64,000 nucleotides of DNA, from contig CBFFRP010000430.1 of assembly GCA_965644295.1 (NCBI GenBank), positions 231,729-295,728 of the forward strand. Direction: 5' to 3'. The first letter of the stretch is position 1; the number at the start of each line of letters is the position of its first letter. The DNA comes from Paraphysomonas bandaiensis (lineage: Eukaryota; Protista; Chrysophyceae). The notes under the pieces were generated by a model. The model was not told where the DNA came from. It was given only the letters and a program-made list of their open reading frames with translations, and ran no database searches. A program made the position numbers and the translations under genes. This document shows, piece after piece, positions 1 to 12,268 of this stretch.

Positions 1-953
1 GACCGCAGCCTCCACTGTAGTACAGTCATTGTGGAAAGCACACCCTGGCTCGGTGGTACTAGCAGTGCTGCTTTGCACACAGAACCCATACATGGCGAGA
101 TAGCGCACCGCAGATACAACAATACTTGATTCACGCAGTCATTGCGCCGGTATACGACATTGTTGTTCCTGACAAAAGTCCATAAATAGGCACTAGAAAC
201 AATTGTTCCGAGAAATGAGTGAAAAAATTGAACAATCCAGTACAGAAAAAACATCATCACTATTATGAGAGCTACACCTTGAGCAATGCTGACCTCTGAT
301 ATCAGGTAAACAAACAATACCCCCCACCATAGTAACACAAACATTTGCACCAAGACGACTACAAAACAAACAAGAGGAAGCATAGAATCAAAGTAATCGA
401 GAATTTCGATGGCCAAGTCCAAAAGAGACATCGTTGAATTCAGATTCTCTTTAGCGTGTTGGAACCTTAGTGAATCCCATACAATTGAAAGAAGTATTCC
501 AACACCAACGACCCAATAATCGGTCCAGATAAATATACTACCAACGCATAATTTCACAATAGCGGATAAGTATATTGCTGACGAGAAAAGAGAGTCCCGA
601 ACCCACCCAGGATACACCGTCACGCAATACAATGCAACCCCAGAAAAACTAGCTAGCAATGGAGCGATCATTATCATGGATGCCCAATTTCCGGCATATT
701 TCGAAGATATCAACGATTGAGAATACGCAGTTTTCCGAATTAAACATGACAACAATATCATGACAACAAAAATAGTGCCAAATGCAAATGTATATAAACC
801 ATCGCGTCTCTGTGAAGGGGGCTTCGATATTGGAGCCGAGCTATAGTTGCCAATAGCATGACCAGATGGTGTGGATGGTTGTATAGTTTCATCTTCATTA
901 TGATCATGGTGGGTGTCTTCAGTAGTAGCAACTTGAGAATACTGCATCATCAT
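1..953 (-). CDS. Choline transporter-like (CTL/PNS1 family) membrane protein, 3' end outside window
   Basis: Manual translation from ATG at 953 (MMMQYSQVATTED...) is open towards the window start. It has many hydrophobic helices and a 'YWIVQFFHSFLGTIVSSAYLW' segment resembling the CTL family YW..V...W motif. Not in the ORF track, probably because no stop falls inside the window. Confidence 0.6.
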   Translation of the reverse strand, partial: MMMQYSQVATTEDTHHDHNEDETIQPSTPSGHAIGNYSSAPISKPPSQRRDGLYTFAFGTIFVVMILLSCLIRKTAYSQSLISSKYAGNWASMIMIAPLLASFSGVALYCVTVYPGWVRDSLFSSAIYLSAIVKLCVGSIFIWTDYWVVGVGILLSIVWDSLRFQHAKENLNSTMSLLDLAIEILDYFDSMLPLVCFVVVLVQMFVLLWWGVLFVYLISEVSIAQGVALIIVMMFFLYWIVQFFHSFLGTIVSSAYLWTFVRNNNVVYRRNDCVNQVLLYLRCAISPCMGSVCKAALLVPPSQGVLSTMTVLQWRLR

Positions 954-1147
954 TATATATATATATGTATATGTCACAGCACAGTCAAATTACTCTACTA
1001 CTGAGGGGAATGATAGAAGAGAAGGTGCTCAACCTCCTTAGAGTGATAGCCGGTGAGAGTAGAGTTTATCGGGTAATAGCGAGTGCATTGGGAGATAATA
1101 CTCATATACTCGATGGCATATCCCCGCTAATACAGTATACGGCAGCT

Positions 1148-1464
1148 GTATGTATGTATGTATGTATGTATGTATGTATGTATGTATGTATGTATGTATG
1201 TATGTATGTATGTATGTATGTATGTATGTATGTATGTATGTATGTATGTATGTATGTATGTATGTATGTATGTATGTATGTATGTATGTATGTATGTATG
1301 TATGTATGTATGTATGTATGTATGTATGTATGTATGTATGTATGTATGTATGTATGTATGTATGTATGTATGTATGTATGTATGTATGTATGTATGTATG
1401 TATGTATGTATGTATGTATGTATGTATGTATGTATGTATGTATGTATGTATGTATGTATGTATG
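1148..1464. repeat. (TATG)n microsatellite
   Basis: Perfect tetranucleotide array; explains the MYVC/HTYI pseudo-ORFs. Confidence 0.98.
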
Positions 1465-1543
1465 TGGTATATTCATGCACTCATGCAATCAATTGTGTTC
1501 ATATACTGCAGCTCTCCATCCTATATTAATACATAACCACAGG

Positions 1544-3437
1544 ATGCTGCGCTATCATCGTATTGCAAAATCAGCTACTCCCTGCCGTCGTTTTCTAAGC
1601 ATCGGAACAGGAAGATCACCCAATGAGTCCAGTGGTGGATGGATATTAATCCCCACACTTGCAGTGTCAACAGCATTCGGCACTGCATATATGATTGAAC
1701 ATAAACATATTAATGAAGAAATTTCTGAGAAATTACGGTTTCTTGAACCAATACAGAAAGTGTTACGTGATGCTGGATATGGCAGACATGTTAATCATGA
1801 GCCTGTTAATGTGGAGAAGGAGTCAGAGGCTGATGATGAACATAATAAGCAAGTGAATGATCAGATCAATGCTGAATTGACGGAGTTAGAAAATGCTGTG
1901 GCAGAAGATATTGAATCTGAACCCGTTCAAGAGCAGGAAGAACAATCTACTGATTCGGATGACACTGATGCTGTGTCAACTCCCGATGATGTTGATGCTT
2001 CCCCTCAGAATCAGCACGAGAATGAAGAACAAAATCAGCAGGATTCAGCCACAGAGGAGCAATCGGAGGAGACTGTTCCTGAGCAAACAGAAAATGTTGA
2101 TGAGGAAAATGTAGCTCCATCTACTGACAACTCTTCATCCACCGCTGTCGCAGAGGAAGCGAAAGTCGTGGAGGAGCCCGTTTCAAAAAAGGATGCCGAA
2201 GTCGCAACAGAGAATAGCAAACCAGCAACTGATGCAGAACGCCTACTTGCTCTGCGCGTGTCTGCACTGGAGGAAGTGTTAGGCAAGGCAGCGCGCGACG
2301 CAGCTGATCTCCGTGGGGAGACAGAGCGCACATTGATTCGGGACCTGGAAGAGCTTGACACTGCAGCTCTCCGTTACCGCATCGCCCAGCTGACTACAGA
2401 GTTCTTTGATCGTGTCAAATGGGAGGGCGCCAGACAACAGCAAGCACTTAAGGAGGCTGAAGCTCTCTTCGCTCAGCGATACGGAGAGTTACTATCACAG
2501 CAGAGAGGTGAATTAACTGTGGAGATGGAGCGCCGCGTACTGGAAAAGGAACGAGAGTTGATGAATGTCTACCAGCAGAAGCAAGAAGAAATACAGCTAT
2601 CGTACGAGAAGCGTCTGCAGGAGGCGCTATCTACCCAAGCGGAGAAACTGTCTCGGGGCACCAAGGAGGAAGTGGAGAAGCGAGAAGCAGAGCTCAGGGC
2701 GGAGCTAACCGATGAACACACTCACGAGTTGGCGATGCTAAAGGAGCGTCACGTAAAGTCCCTTCTTGAGGTTCAGAACGAGGTCACTGCAAATAATGCT
2801 CAGCTTGCGGCCCTGCGAGATGTAGTAGATCAGGAATTCGGGCGCACTACTGTATCGTCATCCTCGCACGCTCTCTCAGCCGCTGTTCTCATGGCTGAGT
2901 CCGCGCTACGTTCTTCTTCTTCCGCCAAGAAAGAGCTCGAGGCACTAAGAGTTTATGCGGGAGGTAAACTGGTTTATTTTTATAAATGTCGCTGACTCTG
3001 TAGTTTTAGGCGATGAGCTAATTCTTGCAGTTGTGGACTCCCTACCTCGCGCGGCTTTCACCACCGGTGTACCCAACCTCCCCATCATCAAGGCCCGCTT
3101 TAGCGTTGCCAAAGAGGAGGCACGTAAAGCAGGGCTTGCTCCAGAGGGCGCCCCACCAATGTTGGGACAGATGATTGGCACAGCTTTAGCATATCTGTCT
3201 TTTGAGCCCACAGCTCCGGTGCAAGGGGAGGGAATCGAAGCAGTTTTGTCCCGTGCCGCTTCGCATGTTGATGTTGGAGATCTGCAGCTAGCCCTTGAGG
3301 AGATCGACAGTATCAAAGGCTATCCGCGAACTCTGTTGAGAGATTGGGAGGCGATGGTGCGAGATAGGCTTGTCGCAGATCAAGCGGCCAAGGCTTTACG
3401 AGCTGCTGCGTCAATTAAACACGCTCAGTTTATTTGA
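1544..3437 (+). CDS. MIC60: MICOS subunit Mic60/mitofilin
   Basis: Mitochondrial-type presequence MLRYHRIAKS, one TM helix, acidic region, coiled coil, and a C-terminal mitofilin domain (L.RA...V..GDL..AL.E...W...RDRL..DQA). Intron 2964-3009 (GT-AG) joins the two ORFs in frame. Confidence 0.85.
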
Positions 3438-4027
3438 CTTATTCAATTTTAGCTGAGTATGGTCTTATTGCTTACGTCGTAGTTGTTTGGAGATGATTTT
3501 ACTCTATTGGAACGCAGTATTGTAATTGCACACTAGGTATTTGTACACAGAATAAAGTCAATCAAGTTTCAATTCTTGCTGATAAATTTTGAGATAGAGT
3601 GCTAGAATATAGAATACCACTCAACATTTGAAGTAAGATAACTGAACGCTGAGAGCATCACACTCAATTAATCATTAATTATACACTGTTATAAACTACA
3701 AGTATCAAGTACTAAATTAGATTATTTAATTAATTAACTTCAAGAATTTTATTTGCTAGCGACTACAGAAATTACCAACATAGTAGTATTTCTGCGAGAT
3801 CATAGTCTAGCCACAGTATATTGCCGTATCATTGACGGCATTGTGAATTTGAATGTAACCGTACTAACAAGTAATTAGAAACTATCCTTGCCATACTAAA
3901 AGGAAATTAGACATTAGACAGCAACGAAAATAAAGTGAAGTAGGTCTAGTATATTGAAAAGTCGAAATACGACAACTTGATTAACTTATATCAATCACTA
4001 CATTGCAATCTAGATGCAAATACACGT

Positions 4028-4495
4028 CTAAGAACGAAATTTCCCCCAAATGTGAAGTATCACAACTAATCCAATGAAAATGAGGGAGCATGCGAGGACA
4101 GTAGTCGGGCCACTGTATATTACGATGATGTATGTAAGAAAATCTAATAAAACTCACTTACATTTTGAATCCAGGAGCATCATCCGTGTAAAAGCGAAGG
4201 ATTCCTTATATATATGTAATCATACGTACCATTCCAGTAATAATTAAATTACCTTGAGAGCTCTGTTGCGCAGCACGAGATGATGTATTCTCTCCCTCTG
4301 GTTTTGCTGCAGGACTATATGTATATGTAATAAAGGTCATTACTATATATACAGTATACTACCGTCTTCGTAGAGCTGATTGGCCTGCAGGCCCCTTTGG
4401 AGGACCTGGACGTGATGATGAAGGGTCAGATCCAGCTAATCTAGGCTGTATATTGAGTTAGATTAGAAGATGATGTGATTGTAGGTACGTACCAT
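4028..4495 (-). CDS. SEC61B: Protein translocon subunit Sec61-beta (5 exons)
   Basis: Manual splicing gives M|PRLAGSDPSSSRPGPPKGPAGQSALRRR...SSQ|GILRFYTDDAPGFKI|GPTTVLACSLIFIGLVVILHIWGKFRS*, the diagnostic Sec61-beta motif. Exon 1 is the ATG only. Missed by the ORF track. Confidence 0.93.
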
Positions 4496-5146
4496 TATTA
4501 TGGTGGGTTATATGGGGTGGACTTAGGTGAGTATGGTATAGTTATCTCCTGTGAAGAGCCTCATACTGTGATCATATATAGGCATCCACACATACCTATG
4601 TATACCCACACATATACATACTGCTGTGTACCTACCTACCTACCTACCTACCTGCATACATACATACCTACACATACAGACCTACACACACATACATACT
4701 CTGTACGTAGATATATACATACAGACATTCACACATACTGCTGTACATACAAACAGCAGTGTACATATCTACCAACATACTCTGTACATACGTACATACA
4801 TGCATGTAGATGCAGTACAAACATACTGCTATGTAATCTCTGTGTATATCCCACAAAAAACTATACAAAAAACATGCATATCTACCAACATACTCTGTAC
4901 ATACGTACATACATGCATGTAGTTTGGAAATAACGTATAGATAACAGTTGGTCCTACAGTACAGCCATCACACACATATGACGTGCACTCTGCATAGTAC
5001 ATGATCATTCACTGCTTTCTCAGCATTGTGTCATAATTTATTAAATATATGCTTTGAAAATATCATCAACATTGATTCTTTTGCAAAGTATTGATTGGTG
5101 AATGTGATTATATATAAGGAGATTGCATAGTACAGTGTTATCATAT

Positions 5147-7238
5147 ATGGATATTGGAGAAATAACACCGCAAGAAATTGCAGATCTAGAGCAAGAATGG
5201 AAAGAAGACAGAATGAAAATTACTCTATGGAAAAGACCCTGGCAAACCCTTGTTTTGTTTGGGTCTGCAATGTGTTCTGTAATCGACAAATCTATACGAT
5301 ATATGATGTCTCATCCAGTTGTTTTACGATTTCTTGGTCCGCTCTTTATGCTCTGGGTTTTATTGGAGTTTATTCCAGGGCCATACACCGAGTTTATTAA
5401 CGGTATTGAGTTTTGCATAGAGTACGTTATTTGGTGGGTTGGTTTGGGTATATTGTCGTCAATCGGCTTAGGTAGTGGCCTGCAAACAGGTGATGTAGTT
5501 GTACTGTACGCTATTATTCTGAGTTATCTATTGCTTAGGCGTACTATTCTTATTTCCACACATTATAAGAGTATGTCTGACTGCTCAGACTTGTAAATCA
5601 CTTCGCTTCAAATCATTTGGTGCGATTTGGTTTCGACGCACTCAAGATTTATTCAAGTGCATACCTCCAAGCGAGGGTGAATCAGAGGCCCCTACAGCTA
5701 GCTTTTTAGGTGATTTATCGTTTCTTATTCTCTCCTACCGCAGTCAATATTTTATGCACACAGGTGTTTGGTTGCTTGTATTGGTCCCTAGCTTTCTCCA
5801 GGCAACTGGTGAGAATGAGAATGTCTTCCGCTATATCAGCATCTCATGTAGTTTATTCTTAGGCACTGCAATTGGGGAAATCCCACCCTATTGGATGACT
5901 CGAGCCGCCAGGGAGGCCGCTATAGAGGCTGGGGATAAAGGAGAGGTATATTCTGTCTAATTAGCATATCTTCTGGAATATTTTATTGACTGTGGAACAG
6001 ATACCTGAAGAGCTGGAAACTAACTCCAAATACAGCCTTGTGAACAGAGTCAAGGGACGCATGATTCAGTTTCTCAGGGCCCACGGTTTCATGGGGGTGT
6101 TTCTAATGGCTGCCTGGCCGAATTTTGCTTTTGATCTCTGCGGCATATGCTGTGGACATTTTCTTATGCCGTTCTGGACGTTCTTTGGAGCCACGTTTCT
6201 AGGTGTGTTGTTCATGTTGCCTTTTGACACAGATGAAAGTTATAATATGCTACAGGAAAAGCTTGTGTGCGGAATACATATCAGACTCTGCTTATGGTTA
6301 CTCTTTTTAGGTACTATGATATGTGTGCCTATTTCTACTGTGACTTATATGACTGTATATACTAGTGAGCGGTACCTAGAGGTATTCATTCGGACTTTAC
6401 AGCGATTGGTGCCGGATCATTTTCATCTGGACACGTACATCCGGGAAGCCCTGGAGGAGTTCCAGGAAAGTTCACAGAGAGAAATGCAGAAGCAGGAAAT
6501 GGGGGAACCGACATCTGCACCCTCGGCGCAGAGTCATTCTGCCCTTTCCCACATCTGGAGTATTATGATGACTATAATTCTCATTTATTTCAGCCTTTCT
6601 TGTGTGCAGCACTTTGCACAATTTTACCAGGCCATGATCGACAAGGTTCGTCAGTCAATTCCCTAATATTTCTATAAAATAATAATAAATTCCTACAGGA
6701 TAAGTCAGACGCATACAAAATGAAACTCGCTCCTCATGTCCGGCGCGGCCTTACTTCTCCCGTCTCTGGTAGAATTAAACTGCCCCCTCCCACACCTAAA
6801 GGCAAAAAACGTCAATACACGTCAGCAACGCCGTCACCTCCGCGCCCTCAGGCCGCGGCGTTGCATCGCCCTTGTCCTGGTACAGCACCATCTGCCCTCG
6901 GCGAACCTTATTGCCGGTCTTCTCCGCCGGCTCATGAGCGTTTCTGCTGTGGCGATACGAGTACCCCATGTCGAGACCCCCATAACGAGGACTATAGTAG
7001 TTGCGACTCTAGTCCTGGAGTTGACGGCGAGATACCGTCTTACTCCCCTTCACCACCTCGAAGGGGAATCATCAAAGGAAGAGTTCTCTCTGCCGTTGAT
7101 AGAAATAAAATGCGCTATAGCAGTTATTCGGAGAACAGTATGAGCGCCCCCAATATCACAGACAGCTCCCCCGTAGCCAAGGTGGAAAGAGTAATGTCTA
7201 GACAATCAGAAGAAGAAATTGAAAATAAATGCAAATAA
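5147..7238 (+). CDS. VMP1: Vacuole membrane protein 1 (VMP1/TMEM49, DedA family), multi-exon
   Basis: Motifs WWVGLGILSSIGLGSGLQTG, GTAIGEIPPYW, PNFAFDLCGICCGHFLMPFWTFFGATFLG; Ser/Pro-rich C-terminal tail. Confidence 0.9.
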
Positions 7239-7819
7239 AATAAACGTACTTGACATTTTCATAGACCGTGTAATGGACTAGTCAAACCGAGATGTAGCTC
7301 TGAGGTGGACTCTACACTATGTTTTGGATTTAATAATACAGTTTAACAGTTTTCATGGACTTTCTCGTACAATGTGGAGCGTTCTTGCGTCGATTAATAG
7401 TATTCTGTCTGTCTGTTATGCATAAACAGCAATATGAAAATATACCATAGATGGACTTTTATTAAAATAGAATTACGACTAAATTGTCTTATGTTGAAAT
7501 AACAGTGTGATAGAAGCATGAGACACGCTTTGCTAATAACTAACGTGCAAATGAATTGTTATATACGTGCGCGCGATATCAGTCAACAAGTAACCAGCTT
7601 TCGTCACGCTGTAAATACGAATAGTACTGCCAAGTAATTGAATAATGCCTAAATTGTTCGACCATCATATAGAAACTTGTTTTATTCGTTTCTTCCTACT
7701 TGCTGAAACTGCAGGTTATCATGTAAAAATTCAAACCACAAAGTAAGAAAAACTGTCAGAGGTCACACAACTACATTATTATTAGTATATAATTTCGGAA
7801 CAATCTGTACGAATGCACA

Positions 7820-8113
7820 TCATGGGGTCTGCTTCCTCTCCAAAGGTCTGTAACCCAATTCAACACGTCTCTGATTAACTTCCTCATAAAGAGAATCCTC
7901 CCAATTGTTGTAATTATAACCAACATACGCACCCACTCCAATATGAGCAATCATAAGCCATGGTTCTATATAAAAATATATATAAAATAAATAATAATTT
8001 AATTTATTTATTGACTTACGATAGAGATAACGCTGCTTATGGAGGGCATTGGAGAACATGCGGATACCCATACCACACAAGGCTCCTGCAGCTGCATTAA
8101 TAACGGTGCTCAT
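7820..8113 (-). CDS. Complex I accessory subunit B14.5b/NDUFC2-like
   Basis: GALCGMGIRMFSNALHKQRYLY|EPW..HIGVGAY resembles plant-type B14.5b (GALLGLG.QMYSNALRK.P...PW). An in-frame AT-rich intron lies at about 7965-8018. Confidence 0.7.
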   Translation of the reverse strand: MSTVINAAAGALCGMGIRMFSNALHKQRYLYRKSINKLNYYLFYIYFYIEPWLMIAHIGVGAYVGYNYNNWEDSLYEEVNQRRVELGYRPLERKQTP

Positions 8114-8689
8114 GGTAAGTACTGTAAATAAATGAGATATAAGTAAAGGAGGGTAAAGAATTACTATGAACTCGAATTAATGACAGGGAGACAGTCAATT
8201 GACGATATAGAGAGAGATGTGAGTGTATGTAGAGAGGAGTGTAAGTTGTATGTATGTATGTGTGTGTATGTATGTGTGTGTATGTATGTGTGTGTATGTA
8301 TGTGCTGTGTATGTATGTATTTGTGTGTATGTATGTGTGTGTATGGTATGGTTATCTTGCACCAATATTATGGAGTGTGTAGGAGATGAGTTGCTGTGTA
8401 GTAAGGAGATGGATGATGTGTATTGAATACTGGTATACTCTTCACTGTATTCATCGTAGTGTAACATTTCGGGTAAAAAGTAACATTTTCTCTGTAATAT
8501 GGAGAAAAATAATACTTAGAAGTATAAAAAACAGGGTTTTTATAGATATTCGAAAGCCTGCTATGTAAATTAGTGTAAAATTCTATGTACAGAAGATGTA
8601 CATAATCATATATATACCACACGCCACACTGCATGAGGATATGATAGACTAACTAACTCTGAGTTGCACACCTCTGCTGCCTTATCTTA

Positions 8690-8910
8690 AAAGAAATGTT
8701 ATTTATTGAGATTGGTATAATGCTGTTAGTGGTAAAGACTGAACATATAGATTACATGGACATGGAGGGTCCTGTGAACGAAGCCATCTAAGAACATCCA
8801 AGTGCCCACCCTCTGCAGCAGCTGTGCAAGTCGAGGCCCTCCAAGTCCATGGAATAAAAATACTTGCGAAGCTGCTGCAAGAGGTGGGCCCTTGGATGTT
8901 CTGGATTGGA
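8690..8910. pseudogene. Two oppositely oriented fragments of the DPPCPW ankyrin-repeat gene family
   Basis: About 8757-8835 is the reverse complement of the 81-bp repeat unit of the gene at 11360; about 8835-8900 matches 11711-11778 on the + strand. Confidence 0.75.
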
Positions 8911-9007
8911 TGACTTCCTCAAATGGCACAAACACGAAAAAACACAAAATGCTTGTGACGCGACACAAATTGCGTCGCTGCTGTCATATATATATATATA
9001 TATACAG

Positions 9008-9806
9008 ATGAGAATTAGCAAATATATGATGTTAGGGTGGTTGTTTAATATGAGAAAACGTCAGAGGATGCGGAAGAATTTGACACTGATAAGAATCCGC
9101 ATGACTCTTCCGGAAAGAAACTATTTGAAACTAGCTGCTCTAAGGCAGATAAGAGAAACAGCTTGGCGACATCTTTATAATTACGGTGATGACAGAGATT
9201 TTCTGAATACGTGCAATGGGGGCTTAAGGTACAAGCCCTTTACCCAGAAATTGAGGGCAGATGGGGCTTCATCGACGGAAAGAACTACAAAGTTCAAAAA
9301 CCATCGCAAGCAGATCTGCAGAACGCAATGTACAATGGCTGGCTACATGCTACTATGGTAACAGGATGTCTATGTTTCGATGTAAGTGGATGCATATGTT
9401 GGGGCAAACATAATTTCGTTGGTTCTTGGAATGATGGAGAGATGTCAAGAGCATTCCAGGAAAAACTATGCCGAGACGAATTCTGTTTAGAGGGTCATGG
9501 AGTGGTATCCGATTCAGTATATCCTGTTTCTGGAAAATGTTTTGGCCGCATAATTAAGGATGGTGATATTGAGAAAGCACACCCCTTAGCGAGGCCAGTT
9601 TTGCTACGTCGTAGTAGGAAATAACTTCTTTACGACAAGCTTGTGAGTGGGGCATGGGTGCCGTAGAGAAGGTGTACAGGCGTCTACTACTGCCGTTGCC
9701 TTTTAACCAAGTAACTCGTGCTACTAGACTAGCTTGTATTCATAGATTATATAACTATCGTGTTCGCACCACTGGTATAAGTCAGATTCGTAATACTTTC
9801 TTATAA
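9008..9806 (+). pseudogene. PIF/Harbinger (DDE_Tnp_4, HARBI1-like) transposase, deleted and frameshifted
   Basis: Motifs WGFIDG, QNAMYNGW, GSWND, VVSDSVYP and (after a frameshift near 9620) TSLRQACEWGMG; frame break or internal deletion near 9210. Confidence 0.85.
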
Positions 9807-9877
9807 GCATACATATTAACTCGAAATTTGCATAACTCTAGTAATAACTTAAACTATTATAATCTGAAAATCCTTTC

Positions 9878-10623
9878 TTATTTATCACTACTTTCTCCTT
9901 TCTTTAACAGGGACATCATGAAAGTCATCATCATTTGTTGTTGGACCATAGCTGCCTCTTCTCGTCGTCGATCCATTTCTTGCCGACGTCGTTCCATTTC
10001 TTCTTCACGTCGTCGTTCCTCTTCACGTCTTCTCTCTGCTCGCTCCTCTTCGCGGAGCCTGTGAGCTTCGTCTCTTTGTTGCATGTACATCATCATGTGA
10101 AGCATATTATTATCTTCAGATTTTTTCCTTCAAAGCACGGTCTATACTGAACTTTGTTGTAGTCACCGGTGACTGTCGCTGAGCAGAATTAATCAACTGT
10201 TGCTAAGTTAAACCAGCTCTTCCCGTGGTAGATGGTCGCTGTGTTGGACGTTTCCTTTTTGAAGTACGAATACTCATTTTTGGCCCAGTTTTTGCAGCTT
10301 CAGTTATTGATTCAACATCTGATATTGAGTGGGATCTCCTATATACACAATAAATACTTGCAATCGAAACAAATATGCTTTAAACGCACCTGTGGGTTTG
10401 GATACATTTTACAAAGCTTTAAATTTTCTACGAAGTTGGTCACTTTCTCTAGGATTGGACACTTTACCATTGTATTCAAGCGTTAACGCATCCGGCCTAA
10501 TGGCAGCATCTCCTTAACCAAATCAAGCAGTACGGCCACGTCTGCTGATGTATATGACGCTCCTCTGCCTACTTTATCTTTCCTCATCCTCTTCTTTACT
10601 TGATTTTGAGTATTTAGGGCCAT
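9878..10623 (-). pseudogene. Harbinger accessory Myb/SANT-like (DUF6818-like) DNA-binding protein, disrupted
   Basis: Manual translation from ATG 10623: GRGASYTSADVAVLLDLVKEMLPLG...R.SDQLRRKFKAL..VSKPTG|DP, then a C-terminal R/E coiled coil and Q/M tract. Tail-to-tail with the transposase; has stops and frameshifts. Confidence 0.65.
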
Positions 10624-10709
10624 ATATATGGATGGTAAGTTCCTGCTGTCCTAAATTGTGTCATATGACAGTTGTGGAAGTATTTGATGTATTATCCAGC
10701 CAAAAGATA

Positions 10710-10860
10710 CGTATCGGCCTCCTTCGTTTATTTTTGTTCCAAGATGCCTCTAATATTGAGGCAATAATTATGTGTAATCCAGCCGTAGTTGTAGTTCAGT
10801 AATATAGAAGAATTTTGCTTCAATTTATTTCCGCAAAATGAGATGCTGACTGCCGATATG
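10710..10860 (-). repeat. ~150-bp dispersed element, copy A
   Basis: Reverse complement of 11060-11210; ends CGTATCGGC...GCCGATA(C/T)G. Confidence 0.85.
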
Positions 10861-11059
10861 TATACGACGGTTGAGGAAGGATCCTCCATGTCCATGTGAT
10901 GAATGGACTTGCTGTGCTGCGGCAAAAAATGGTATTTTTTGAAGAATTGTGTTATGCCATTAGAAAAGTGGCGGTTTTTACAAGCCCAAAACCTGATTTT
11001 TTATTCCACTCGTATAGCATCATATACCGGTACAGTATACAGTATTCTGTGACCCCGGA

Positions 11060-11210
11060 CGTATCGGCAGTCTGCATCTTATTTTTCGGGAATAAATTGA
11101 AGCAAATATTTTCTATATTACTTACATACAACTACGGCTGGAATACACATAATTGTTGTCTCTATATTAGAGCCATCTTTGAACAAAAATACACAAAGGA
11201 TGCCGATACG
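11060..11210 (+). repeat. ~150-bp dispersed element, copy B
   Basis: CGTATCGGCA...TGCCGATACG 10-bp terminal inverted repeats; core CAACTACGGCTG.AATACA.ATAATTGTTGTCTC.ATATTAGAG.CATCTTTGAACAAAAAT. Confidence 0.88.
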
Positions 11211-11359
11211 GAAATGTCCTCAGCAGTATGGGCCAGTACGGGCTCCTACGTACAGTGCAGTGTATACGTGTCCTTGTGCTGTATATGCATGTATGTATAG
11301 ATATGAACTCATCTCATAATCATCTGCTGTATTAACACTCTATCAGCCCCATATAAACC

Positions 11360-12268
11360 ATGAATGAAATCACTCTATCTGATCTCAATGATGATGTTCT
11401 TCGTCTCATCATCTCGATGATCCCACACACGGCTGTCCTTCCAGTGATAATGACTTGTAAGAGATTTCACGATATAGTATACACTGACAAGAGGAGAGTA
11501 CAGTCACATGCATCTCACTACTGTATGACCAACTCAATGGTCTCATGGGCTCTGGCTATGGGCTGCCCATACATCAAACTAATGAATACATGTGCACTAT
11601 ACGGCAGACTACAGCAGATGATACACTTATCCACACATACGTATACACACACACATAATACAGAGTATGCTTCTAGTGAATTGGATGCACAAGAGTGGCT
11701 TCGTTCACAAGGCCCTCCAAGTCCATGGAATAAAAATACTTGCGAAGCTGCTGCAAGAGGTGGGCACTTGGATGTTCTTATATGGCTTCGTTCACAGGAC
11801 CCTCCATGTCCATGGGATGACTCGACTTGCACAGCTGCTGCAAAGGCTGGGCACTTGGATGTTCTTATATGGCTTCGTTCACAGGACCCTCCATGTCCAT
11901 GGGATTGCTCGACTTGCGAAGCTGCTGCAGAGGGTGGGCACTTGGATGTTCTTATATGGCTTCGTTCACAGGATCCTCCATGTCCATGTGATGTATGGAC
12001 TTGCATTGCTGCTGCAAAGGCTGGGCACTTGGATGTTCTTATATGGCTTCGTTCACAGGACCCTCCATATCCATGGAATGAATGGACTTGCATTGCTGCT
12101 GCAGAGGGTGGGCACTTGGATGTTCTTAGATGGCTTCGTTCACAGGACCCTCCTTGTCCATGGGATTGCTCGACTTGCAGGGCTGCTGCAAGAAGTGGGC
12201 ACTTGTTTATTTTGGATTGGCTTCGTTCACAGGACCCTCCATGTCCCAGTTTATTTTGCTTTAATTGA
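11360..12268 (+). CDS. F-box-like N-terminus plus ankyrin repeats (algal/giant-virus 'WLRSQDPPCPW' type)
   Basis: LSDLNDDVLRLIISMI...CKRF F-box-like motif; about seven near-identical 27-aa repeats TC.AAA.GGHLDVL.WLRSQDPPCPW; single exon. Confidence 0.85.
   Translation: MNEITLSDLNDDVLRLIISMIPHTAVLPVIMTCKRFHDIVYTDKRRVQSHASHYCMTNSMVSWALAMGCPYIKLMNTCALYGRLQQMIHLSTHTYTHTHNTEYASSELDAQEWLRSQGPPSPWNKNTCEAAARGGHLDVLIWLRSQDPPCPWDDSTCTAAAKAGHLDVLIWLRSQDPPCPWDCSTCEAAAEGGHLDVLIWLRSQDPPCPCDVWTCIAAAKAGHLDVLIWLRSQDPPYPWNEWTCIAAAEGGHLDVLRWLRSQDPPCPWDCSTCRAAARSGHLFILDWLRSQDPPCPSLFCFN

Noticed and set aside
965-1543. MYVC/HTYI-repeat ORFs here and at 27039-27648 and 43312-44339, including the N-terminal extension of the 676-aa ORF
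   Set aside because: They are translations of stop-free (TATG)n microsatellites; Mic60 most plausibly starts at 1544.
8914-10879. 9-bp inverted repeat CTTCCTCAA as Harbinger TIRs
   Set aside because: Too short, no TAA/TTA TSD, and the right copy can be read as ankyrin-coding sequence.
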